Shown: in pieces, positions 28,418-36,661 of the stretch
Layout of the letters: every line of letters starts with the position of its first letter
Position numbering within the stretch: position 1 is the first letter of the stretch
IMG/VR virus record: IMGVR_UViG_3300021255_000114
Coordinates: 1 to 64,000 of that record
Direction: 5' to 3' (one strand)
Length of the DNA stretch: 64,000 bases
Source of the DNA: a virus
Lineage: Duplodnaviria; Heunggongvirae; Uroviricota; Caudoviricetes
Translations under genes and position numbers: made by a program
Notes under the pieces: model-generated
Seen by the model: only the letters and a program-made list of their open reading frames with translations
Told to the model about the DNA's origin: nothing
Database searches by the model: none

Positions 28418-31093
28418 TTAAGTGAATTGGACTTCTGTATATTGTAAACCGGATGCCCCGTTATGTACAGCAAATACTTGATATGTGACAATCGTGTTGT
28501 CTTCCAATTCGTAAGGTATGGTGTTTTGATAAACCCAGTTGCTTTTAACATCTTGACCAAGATAAAGTGTCCTTGTTACTGTCGCATTATGATTTGTATT
28601 GTTAACAACCGGCATTACAAGTATCATTGTAGTCTTACCGGTTTGTGCTGTCACTGTTCCAACTGTTGTCGTTCCTGTACTACACCATGCTGAAGTCAAT
28701 GATGATAGTGAAGCCTTTGTTGTAAATACAGAACTATAATCGCCGTTTGACAAATAAGCTGTTCCTCCAACAAAATATTTGTATCGGTATGAACACGATT
28801 TGCTTGCAGTTGCTGTACCGATTCCGATGATATTGTTTGATATGGTATTATCACTTTTTTTAGGTGTAACAGTCGTATCGTCTGTATATGGATAACTTGC
28901 AGTAAACGTATGTGAAGTTTCAGAAGTACCCTTAAACGCACTTGGATATGAAATGCTTGCACTGATGTCACTACCCGCCGTAAGGATACCTTGTGCATTG
29001 GCCGCCGGGTTATTAGCGATAAAGTCAGCAATGGTGTATTTCGTTGTGTCAGCTGACTGATAGTTACCTTGTGTTTTCGTGCCGCCGCTTGCCGTGGGTG
29101 TAACTGTCGTTCCAACTTCATATATTGAGTTCGGATTCCAACTCCATGTTAATGACGGGTTAACTTTTGCAACATCAATAACCACCATCAACATTTTTCT
29201 AATGATTTCTTCGAGGAAAGTTCCGACAGGGATGCTATCGCCAACCGAATATGTTCCGAGAGGATTATTGACATTGATGACTTGTGTTGTCACAGCCTCG
29301 CTGCTGCCGCTTCCAACACCACCAACAACACGATAAACACCGTTATAGTTTGTCCCGCCAATAGTGACTGTTGCTGAATCATAGACTAACGCTAACGTTG
29401 TACCGGCTTCAATGAGGCTTGCATCAAACAACGCGTTTTCATACACAAGATAATGTGCTCCGCTTGCGCCGTTCGAGCCACTAACATTCAACGTACAAGT
29501 GGATACTGTTTGATTATTTTGGAAATATATATCGAGTTTTGTTCCGTTGAATAAATTATAACGTCTACTTTCTACAAGGGTTGCTGTAAGGGCTACCGTA
29601 CCCGTTGAAGCGGTTGACGTTGTAGATTTACCATAATACCTCGGCTCATCCTCAATTGCTTGCGATAAAACGGCTTCATTATCTATAACCTCTTTGTTTA
29701 AACCCGCGATTTTATTGTCAAGTTTATTAATCGCGGTATCATAAAACATATTAGTTGTTATGGCATTGGCGTTAATAACATCTTGATATGTTGGGCTTAT
29801 ATGTGCAGTGTCATAAGTCGGTGCAGTATAGGTTGTGATTTTGTTATCCGGAAGTGTAATCGAAACGGTTGCCTCAGAAGCGTTGGTTACATGGCCGTAG
29901 TCATTAACCGTCAGTACAGGAATTTTAAATGAACCAGAACCACCATAACCACTGATAGTCGCACCTGTTGTGGTAGGTGTGAATCCACCGGAAAGTTTTA
30001 CATTGTGATTAATCGCATTACTATTACTGATAGTAATTTCGTTTCCGCTCGAATAGGTCGTATTAGTATCCGTCCAGGGGACATTAGTATAAGCAAGCCC
30101 TGTACTGTCTATAAGAACTGAGTAGCGTTTTTCTGTATTGGTGTCATCGGTTGAAGCGTTTGTAACAGCACTGTTTTTTACAGCGCCAACTTTAATTGCA
30201 CCAGCTGTATTTGTGGTTGCTGTTCCAAGATTCTTCTTTGTAACGGTGATTACTCCGTTTGTGTCTTGCGAAATTGTTGCAATAAATGATGTAGAGTTTC
30301 CATCTGCGCTCGGATCGGATACGGCTGTTTGTTTTACCTTAACCTCAGTTCCATCACTATATAGTTTTTTCGCATAAAGATAGCCATTTAGGTTAAGTCT
30401 GTTGGTTTTGGTTGGATTTACAGTTCCAAGATATAATTTACCGCCATTCCCATCAGTACCAACCCAAGTGGAATCGGCTGTTTCTGAACTGTACGGAGCG
30501 TATGTTATTTCAGAACCACTGTTTGTACCGTGTAGAATATTATCGGCAGCGGTAGCTTCGCTTGTAAACGTTGTCGTATCACCTGATACGAAATCCCAAT
30601 ACTCACTGCCTTCAGTTTCGCCGTTGAACATTAAACTTACAATTCCGGAAAGAATCCATGCATTGCTTTCTGTAAGTGTCGACCCTGCATATTTTATCGG
30701 AAACGCTCCGGTGTTGTTAATGTTAAACGTTGGATTTGCAACAGTATTTGGGTTGGTAAATTTTACTCGAATTAAAGGCCAAGTATTTTTAATGTTTGCA
30801 AGTGTATACCCTCCCGCTGCGCCGGTTATTGTTTTTGCTGCTGTACCTGATGCCGTTCCGCAAGTTAGATAATAAGGTTTTAATCCCCTTTGGAAGAATA
30901 ACTCGTTAAATGCGGTTTGTTTTCTTGCTTCCCTAAATGCTACCGTTGTAGCGTCCGGCGCGGTTACATCCGTAATGTTTGGTGGAATTATATAATGATC
31001 ATGACTAAAAATATCTTCGGTTACATTTGAATTGAAGATAATAGTTTTACTACTTTCTGTTGAATCTAAAAAACCTGATAGTGGAATTGCCAT
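28418..31093 (-). CDS. Tail fibre protein (891 aa)
   Basis: TC.TA..TAAKT, VKFTN.NTV.NPT.NINNTGA.PI and ISQDTNGVITVTK fibre motifs. Shares blocks with the 1338, 1109 and 402 aa proteins. Confidence 0.8.
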   Translation of the reverse strand: MAIPLSGFLDSTESSKTIIFNSNVTEDIFSHDHYIIPPNITDVTAPDATTVAFREARKQTAFNELFFQRGLKPYYLTCGTASGTAAKTITGAAGGYTLANIKNTWPLIRVKFTNPNTVANPTFNINNTGAFPIKYAGSTLTESNAWILSGIVSLMFNGETEGSEYWDFVSGDTTTFTSEATAADNILHGTNSGSEITYAPYSSETADSTWVGTDGNGGKLYLGTVNPTKTNRLNLNGYLYAKKLYSDGTEVKVKQTAVSDPSADGNSTSFIATISQDTNGVITVTKKNLGTATTNTAGAIKVGAVKNSAVTNASTDDTNTEKRYSVLIDSTGLAYTNVPWTDTNTTYSSGNEITISNSNAINHNVKLSGGFTPTTTGATISGYGGSGSFKIPVLTVNDYGHVTNASEATVSITLPDNKITTYTAPTYDTAHISPTYQDVINANAITTNMFYDTAINKLDNKIAGLNKEVIDNEAVLSQAIEDEPRYYGKSTTSTASTGTVALTATLVESRRYNLFNGTKLDIYFQNNQTVSTCTLNVSGSNGASGAHYLVYENALFDASLIEAGTTLALVYDSATVTIGGTNYNGVYRVVGGVGSGSSEAVTTQVINVNNPLGTYSVGDSIPVGTFLEEIIRKMLMVVIDVAKVNPSLTWSWNPNSIYEVGTTVTPTASGGTKTQGNYQSADTTKYTIADFIANNPAANAQGILTAGSDISASISYPSAFKGTSETSHTFTASYPYTDDTTVTPKKSDNTISNNIIGIGTATASKSCSYRYKYFVGGTAYLSNGDYSSVFTTKASLSSLTSAWCSTGTTTVGTVTAQTGKTTMILVMPVVNNTNHNATVTRTLYLGQDVKSNWVYQNTIPYELEDNTIVTYQVFAVHNGASGLQYTEVQFT

Positions 31094-31113
31094 TTCTTAC
31101 TTTACTTTAATTA

Positions 31114-32301
31114 TTATTTTACGTAATATGGATGACTTCCACTTGTTTGTGTGGACTGCGTCCTATAAAATCTATACGATTCAGTAATACCCGTTATATT
31201 ATCAGTAACATCTTTTGTTCTAACAAATTCAAGGGCTTCAAAAAATCCTGAGGCACCCCCAACACCAACTTGTGATGGCTGATTGCTGAAAGCCGCCGGA
31301 ACTGCAATATAAAAATACTGATTAGTTCCCATAGTTACAGTATATGACCTATTAACAGCGCTTGTTACAGCGGTTGTGTATCCGGTAAGGCCGCTATTTG
31401 CAAATGTTGAAATATTCAAACTCGAATCTGAAGACGCCCCATAAAAAATGTGATTAACCACGGTTATTGTTGCAGACATAGCCTTTGAATACGCGTCTTT
31501 AGTTATAGTGGTTGCCACAGAAACGTTTGAGGTTGAATTAATAGTTTTTGTAAACGTCCTGGACGTTCCTGAAGTTGTTCCGACAGTCCATCCACTTGGC
31601 GTTGATGCGTTAAAATCAGACATTGCTGAACCATTGAATGACAGTTTTGCTGTGGCTGTAACGCTCGTGTCTGTTGCTTTAAATATTACACTTGGACTAA
31701 CAGTCCAACTTGGTGAATAGTGTATGCTGTATATCAGATTATATACATCTGTAATTTCATTGTCAACATAATCTACATTTGCCTTGTAACTCCTGAATTC
31801 AACCATCTGCCCATCAGAATTTTTAATATACATCACCTCGTTGTTGGCAGATCTGCCAATGCCAACCTCACCGCTCTCCAGTTCATTTGGCATCTTGCCA
31901 ATAAGTTCATAATATGCGGTTTCGTTTACCTTTTCATAATATTTGAAACCCTTTGTTGCTATACCTATCTTAAGAAAAGCGGGGGTTGACGCACTTGCTG
32001 TTTCATATGGTGAAATGTACGCATTATTGATGTATAACGCGGTAAAGGTATTGCTTGAATTCCAAGTTTGACCGGTTGGTTCGACTGTGCCTAAAAGCCT
32101 GTAATGATAACCTGTAACTTTGATGATTTTGGGTTGTGTGGAAATTAAAGTGATAGATTCCGATGCCGGAATGAATGTATAGCCTGTGGCGGCATTATCA
32201 ATATCTGTAGTCGATGGTTTTTCCATATAATGGTACTCCACACGATCAGTGTTCACATTCTGACTATGGCGTCTGGAGACGTTTGTCTGTGGCATATGCA
32301 C
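31114..32301 (-). CDS. Fibre/decoration protein with nested Tyr-rich modules in its N-terminal domain
   Basis: The phage-fibre N-terminal motif K.P..L..GE..IG.....E..YIKNS is split by the insert. The C-terminus is Thr/Ser-rich and Ig-like. Confidence 0.65.
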   Translation of the reverse strand: MHMPQTNVSRRHSQNVNTDRVEYHYMEKPSTTDIDNAATGYTFIPASESITLISTQPKIIKVTGYHYRLLGTVEPTGQTWNSSNTFTALYINNAYISPYETASASTPAFLKIGIATKGFKYYEKVNETAYYELIGKMPNELESGEVGIGRSANNEVMYIKNSDGQMVEFRSYKANVDYVDNEITDVYNLIYSIHYSPSWTVSPSVIFKATDTSVTATAKLSFNGSAMSDFNASTPSGWTVGTTSGTSRTFTKTINSTSNVSVATTITKDAYSKAMSATITVVNHIFYGASSDSSLNISTFANSGLTGYTTAVTSAVNRSYTVTMGTNQYFYIAVPAAFSNQPSQVGVGGASGFFEALEFVRTKDVTDNITGITESYRFYRTQSTQTSGSHPYYVK

Positions 32302-32355
32302 TTATGTTAATAATAGCAATTATTTTTACTGTATTCCGTAGCGACGGTTATTATA

Positions 32356-32363
32356 TATAAATA
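32356..32363 (-). promoter_or_regulatory. Putative late promoter TATTTATA
   Basis: Recurring motif upstream of the minus-strand fibre operon. Confidence 0.55.
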
Positions 32364-32381
32364 TAGTCTAAAGATAGTTGC

Positions 32382-32418
32382 AATAAAAAACAGCACTTGC
32401 CTCTTCGGTAGTGCTGTT
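32382..32418 (-). terminator. Rho-independent terminator
   Basis: AACAGCACT...GTGCTGTT hairpin with a minus-strand T-run, just after the 32442 ORF. Confidence 0.7.
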
Positions 32419-32441
32419 CAATTTATTGAATCTTTAATAAA

Positions 32442-33566
32442 CTAAAAACCAATGTTTTTCAAATAGTTATTAAATTTTGACCAAGGAATAAATTCTTCCG
32501 GATCTTCATCATAATGCACTCCGTTTTTTGAAATATACCCTTCGAATGGTTCACCTGTTGCTTTAACATATTTCGGGTCATTAATGGTTACAAATGCGAG
32601 ACCATTCTCTCTAACGGGGGAAGCGGAGTCGAAAGAGACCAAGGGTGATATTTTTTGGTGGTTTAAGTCAATAAAATTATACTTTCCACCTTCTTTAACC
32701 ATAATGAGGTCGTTGATTCGCTTATTCAAACCGGTATCAACTTTTTCCGTATCACGGAATTTCCTCACATCTTTACCAAGAAACGTGTGGACATCAACAT
32801 CATAGAATATAGTATTGACGGTGTCTTGTGTGAACATATCGTTTTTCCAAGTGCGTCCCCGGTCGGTTGAATACGCAATAGGCAATATATTCTTGAAATC
32901 CCTGATTACACAAACATAACCATCATGTCCCCCGAAAAAGATAAACCCTGCAATTCCGTGTTCAATAAGTACAGTATCACCGAGATTCTTCCACACTTGC
33001 AACACCGAAACCGACGTTTTTCCATTACTGGGTTCCATATCGGTCATACGTCCCCAAATACCTCTATGCATAAATTCTCTGCATTCTTCAGGTGTAAAGT
33101 ATTTATACATCTGTTTTGAAACTGGCCAATCTTTCCCATATACACGTTTTGCTATACTTTTATCATAAATCAAAAAATCGCTGAACTTGGATAAAACCAA
33201 CATTTTAACAAAAGTATCGCCATAAAAGCCGTGTTGCACATTCTTTTCACTTGAAGCAAGCCTATAAGTCGAGTATGTTCCGGGGCCATACATGTTGCCA
33301 CCTTTTGAGCCGGTAAAGGCCCTGTCAAAACCGTTCTTGAAAATCGAAGGGATGTTGCCATGCGCCGTAACCTGATATATGACAGGGAAGCCACAAATGT
33401 ATTCCTCACCTGTTTTTTTATCAAAATGACTGTTTTGCCTATCCTTGAAATCGTCAACGGTAAGACCTTCTTTGTTGTCGTATAATTCGGTTATTTCTTC
33501 TGTAATATATGTTCCTCCGACGGAGGGATTGTAGCCATTTATGAATTTGATTTTGTCTATATCCAT
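32442..33566 (-). CDS. ADP-ribosyltransferase (PARP/ARTD-like) domain protein with C-terminal WG-like repeat
   Basis: IYQVT...I...GF (cf. YHGT), GNMYGPGTYST (cf. YG.G.YF), YG and KYNFID....IS...FDSASP..ENGLAFV. Confidence 0.65.
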   Translation of the reverse strand: MDIDKIKFINGYNPSVGGTYITEEITELYDNKEGLTVDDFKDRQNSHFDKKTGEEYICGFPVIYQVTAHGNIPSIFKNGFDRAFTGSKGGNMYGPGTYSTYRLASSEKNVQHGFYGDTFVKMLVLSKFSDFLIYDKSIAKRVYGKDWPVSKQMYKYFTPEECREFMHRGIWGRMTDMEPSNGKTSVSVLQVWKNLGDTVLIEHGIAGFIFFGGHDGYVCVIRDFKNILPIAYSTDRGRTWKNDMFTQDTVNTIFYDVDVHTFLGKDVRKFRDTEKVDTGLNKRINDLIMVKEGGKYNFIDLNHQKISPLVSFDSASPVRENGLAFVTINDPKYVKATGEPFEGYISKNGVHYDEDPEEFIPWSKFNNYLKNIGF

Positions 33567-33569
33567 GAT

Positions 33570-35282
33570 TCAGTAATATAACGGCTTTTTATTGAGGTTA
33601 TTCATACGAGTTAGCATTTCGTACATTTCATTCATGTTTTCATTGCGCTTTTGTGTGAACTCAGCATCACTCATACCATTGCTTGGTATAACCTGCAAGT
33701 CCAATAACTGTATTAATTTTTCGGGAGTGCAATAAACCCGGTTATTGGCAATACCTTCATTCATCGAACCGCTTGATTGTGGGGTAGCACCGACTTTTCT
33801 TTCTTCACCTTCGGGGAATTTGATAAGGTCACGGAGTTCTTTTACCTTCGCTTTTTTACCTTCATCAAGAAGTGTCAAAAGTCTGTTGATAATGGTACTA
33901 TAATGTGCCGCTTCCTCATGGGTAACTTTACCACCACGTACAGCAGCTAATGCATTTGCATCCCAAACACCACAAAAGTAAAGCACCATACCGGTTATAC
34001 GGTCTCTTGCCCTAACCCTATCACCGGGTTTTTTCACCTTATATTCATCCTCTAACCAACTATCTACCATATATCTCACAAGGTTCGGTAAGAGCATACT
34101 AAAATCAGGATTCTGTGATGGATGTGCCTTCCTTCCATATTGTATTGCAATCTGTTCCGTTTTTGGATTTTTTTCAAGATTTTCAACAAGTACAAGGTAT
34201 AGGAGTTTTGCATTGTCATTTATTAGGTTACGAATGCCTTCATAGCGTTTTTCTTTACCTTCTTTTGCACCAAGACTATTGACATAGTCAGTGGTAAGTT
34301 GGTTCATTTCACCGGTAAGATTATTGATAAAACCGTATGTATTCTGCAATTTTTCAGCATCTTTTGGTGACAGGGCGACAACATCCGAAACGTCATAGCC
34401 ATAAACAGGGAGATATTCACCATATAAATCAGAAACCTCCATAGCAAGTGCGTTTTTTGATTGAGTCGAATGTTCATATCCTTTGTCGAACTGAATACCC
34501 ATTATATCAGCACGTTCTTTTTGTTTTTTGTAATTGTTGTCAATGTTGCGTTTATTCGAATATGGCGCCCAATATAGGATTGGTTTCGCGCCGTCGCGCG
34601 GTACATGGTTATAGAGGCGCTTCCAATCATATGCCGTAAATATAAGTGTTGCATCAGGTTTTTGGGATAATATGAGTTGCGCATTGTTGAATGTAAGTTT
34701 ATGGCCGTAATGCCATTCATATACCTTGCCGAATATTTCAATAAAACGTTCAATCAGTTCGTTTGTTTCCCCGTTTCCAAGGTCTTGTACCATCTTAATC
34801 CATTTTTCATTGGCAAGACGTTCAACTTTTTCAATCTCACCGTTTTCGGGAATTTGAGAGGCTTGACGCCTTATTTCGTCAAGAATGGGCTCTTTGTAGT
34901 ATTGCTGCAATATTGCCACAGCCTTTAACATTATGTTCCAACCCTTATCGTTTTCCCTTTTGCAGTTATATGTGAAATTGTATGTGCCGTTTTGATTTTC
35001 ACCATGGAACCTTCCAAGTGTCTTCGATGATTTCCATATGGCTAAACCCGCTTTTTCGATGTCATCCAAGGCATCAAGTGAAACGTTTTTAAAATTTATG
35101 TTTAATGTGCGCACATTCAATGTTTTTTCACTGTTCGGGTCATTTGGGTTGTAGTCCATATTAGCCACCTTATTCCAATATGCACCAACACTCACAAAGA
35201 ATTGTCCACCGTTCTCCAAACCAACCTGTTCGTCTTCCCTGAGATATTGTCTTATATCATCATAAAATAAAAACTTCGCCAT
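33570..35282 (-). CDS. ArdC-like ssDNA-binding domain protein with degenerate peptidase-like region
   Basis: LTFNNAQLILSQKPDAT...YDW...HVPRDGAKPILYWAP and PVYGYDVSDV fit the ArdC N-domain pattern (YS.NN..LI..Q.P.AT...W...V..G.K.I.I.AP...VFDISQT). Confidence 0.7.
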   Translation of the reverse strand: MAKFLFYDDIRQYLREDEQVGLENGGQFFVSVGAYWNKVANMDYNPNDPNSEKTLNVRTLNINFKNVSLDALDDIEKAGLAIWKSSKTLGRFHGENQNGTYNFTYNCKRENDKGWNIMLKAVAILQQYYKEPILDEIRRQASQIPENGEIEKVERLANEKWIKMVQDLGNGETNELIERFIEIFGKVYEWHYGHKLTFNNAQLILSQKPDATLIFTAYDWKRLYNHVPRDGAKPILYWAPYSNKRNIDNNYKKQKERADIMGIQFDKGYEHSTQSKNALAMEVSDLYGEYLPVYGYDVSDVVALSPKDAEKLQNTYGFINNLTGEMNQLTTDYVNSLGAKEGKEKRYEGIRNLINDNAKLLYLVLVENLEKNPKTEQIAIQYGRKAHPSQNPDFSMLLPNLVRYMVDSWLEDEYKVKKPGDRVRARDRITGMVLYFCGVWDANALAAVRGGKVTHEEAAHYSTIINRLLTLLDEGKKAKVKELRDLIKFPEGEERKVGATPQSSGSMNEGIANNRVYCTPEKLIQLLDLQVIPSNGMSDAEFTQKRNENMNEMYEMLTRMNNLNKKPLYY

Positions 35283-35342
35283 TTATATCATAGTATTTTC
35301 CGGTCGTTATTTTTGTTTTGAACAAAGTATAACGTTATTTAC

Positions 35343-35350
35343 TATAAATA
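35343..35350 (-). promoter_or_regulatory. Putative late promoter TATTTATA
   Basis: Recurring motif upstream of the ArdC-ART pair. Confidence 0.55.
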
Positions 35351-35352
35351 GT

Positions 35353-35799
35353 TTAGAAGCCAATATAATGCAATGTCAGGTCACGTTTTGCCAACTCTTC
35401 CTCAATATCGTCCAACAAATCGCCATAATGGAATATAAGTCTGACATTGGGATACTCTTCGTAGCCATCAATATTTTCATATGCCATTGCGACGCACCCG
35501 TCACAAACATCCTGGTAACTGCAACAGCAGTTTTCCTGGCCAAGGATAAAATCCACATCCGATTTTAGTTCGAGTACAGTTTCGTAATACTGCTCCTCGG
35601 GTTGCAAGTACCTGCAATTACATGCGGGTTTTTCACCCCACTCTTCAGCCCAAACATCATCTATATTCTTGGTGCACAGGAAATGGAACAACTTATTGCC
35701 TTCAGTATCCTCCCCAACCCTGACAATATAGATTACTTTCAATTTATCCGATTCGTCAACAGGTCTGTCTTCTACATTGAAATCAATTTCCTCTATCAT
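35353..35799 (-). CDS. Hypothetical acidic protein with Cys cluster
   Basis: PACNC and NCCCSYQD motifs. Confidence 0.65.
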   Translation of the reverse strand: MIEEIDFNVEDRPVDESDKLKVIYIVRVGEDTEGNKLFHFLCTKNIDDVWAEEWGEKPACNCRYLQPEEQYYETVLELKSDVDFILGQENCCCSYQDVCDGCVAMAYENIDGYEEYPNVRLIFHYGDLLDDIEEELAKRDLTLHYIGF

Positions 35800-36185
35800 T
35801 TAACTTCAAGTTTAAGAATAATATTACTAGTTAGTTTTTCTGTTTCATCGATAAGAGGCTCCTCCACATTATCACTTTCTTTCTCCGGTTCAGGAAAGAC
35901 AGCAATATCTTGAAAATAGTCAGGGTAAATATCAAAACTGAATTGAGGTATTCTCAAATTGAATATTGAAGTTTCATGGTCGCCTCCAATATGGTTTTCT
36001 GTGTATGGAAAACCGGGTTCGTTAGTTTCAGTCATTGTAAGATAACAATTATGCAGAAGTCTATTACAGAAATTGTATTTCAAAACAATGTCAAACCCAT
36101 TGTTAGGGTCAATAGTAACTTCCTCACCATCTTTATTTCTGAAGCAAATAAGGAAATTTGTACCTTCTATAGTTCTATTCATCAT
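35796..36185 (-). CDS. Hypothetical protein (129 aa)
   Basis: ORF coupled to its neighbours. Confidence 0.55.
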   Translation of the reverse strand: MMNRTIEGTNFLICFRNKDGEEVTIDPNNGFDIVLKYNFCNRLLHNCYLTMTETNEPGFPYTENHIGGDHETSIFNLRIPQFSFDIYPDYFQDIAVFPEPEKESDNVEEPLIDETEKLTSNIILKLEVK

Positions 36186-36464
36186 TTATACACAATTATC
36201 GTCTAATTCAATGTTATTTGAGAGTTTTTCTTCGGCTCTATCATCCCCTTTTGAAATATTTGTGTTTTTCGGAACAATTTCAAGAATAATACTGTCATTT
36301 CCTTCACACCGGCCGGGAGAAATTCGTGATACAATGCAGTTTCCTCCATGGAAACGTGTACCATAGTAGTTTATATCGATATCAAACCAACCTTGATTGG
36401 CCTTCACAGAGAATCTTTCTCCAATACGGTTGGTTATAACGATATCAGGTTGTACGTTTATCAT
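36186..36464 (-). CDS. Hypothetical protein (92 aa)
   Basis: ORF abutting both neighbours. Confidence 0.5.
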   Translation of the reverse strand: MINVQPDIVITNRIGERFSVKANQGWFDIDINYYGTRFHGGNCIVSRISPGRCEGNDSIILEIVPKNTNISKGDDRAEEKLSNNIELDDNCV

Positions 36465-36622
36465 TTTGCCATTTGTTTTTGTGTTTCCGATTTGATTGTT
36501 TGATCCATAAGGTAGCCTTTATAAAGCGCATTCATGTAAATAAAATGTTCATAACTATATTTCCCGTTATGTTTTTCTGTTGCTTCTTTTACAAATTGTT
36601 CTTTTGTTTTTTTCTGTGCCAT
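36461..36622 (-). pseudogene. 53-aa remnant of a DUF723-repeat homing-endonuclease-type gene
   Basis: MAQKKTKEQFVKEATEKHNGKYSYEHFIYMN matches the repeat start KKT.EEFI..A...HG.KYDY...Y.N, then diverges before the CP.HG part. Confidence 0.55.
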
Positions 36623-36661
36623 GTTATTAGTATATACCCAATTTATTATACTAATAAATGC

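Noticed and set aside
22968-30063. Site-specific invertible tail-fibre cassette (shufflon or Gin-like)
   Set aside because: The inverted homologous blocks differ at many synonymous positions. No short perfect recombination sites were seen and no recombinase is encoded in the window.
17671-32301. Diversity-generating retroelement target/template pair
   Set aside because: No reverse transcriptase in the window. The repeats I compared differ at all base types rather than only at adenines.
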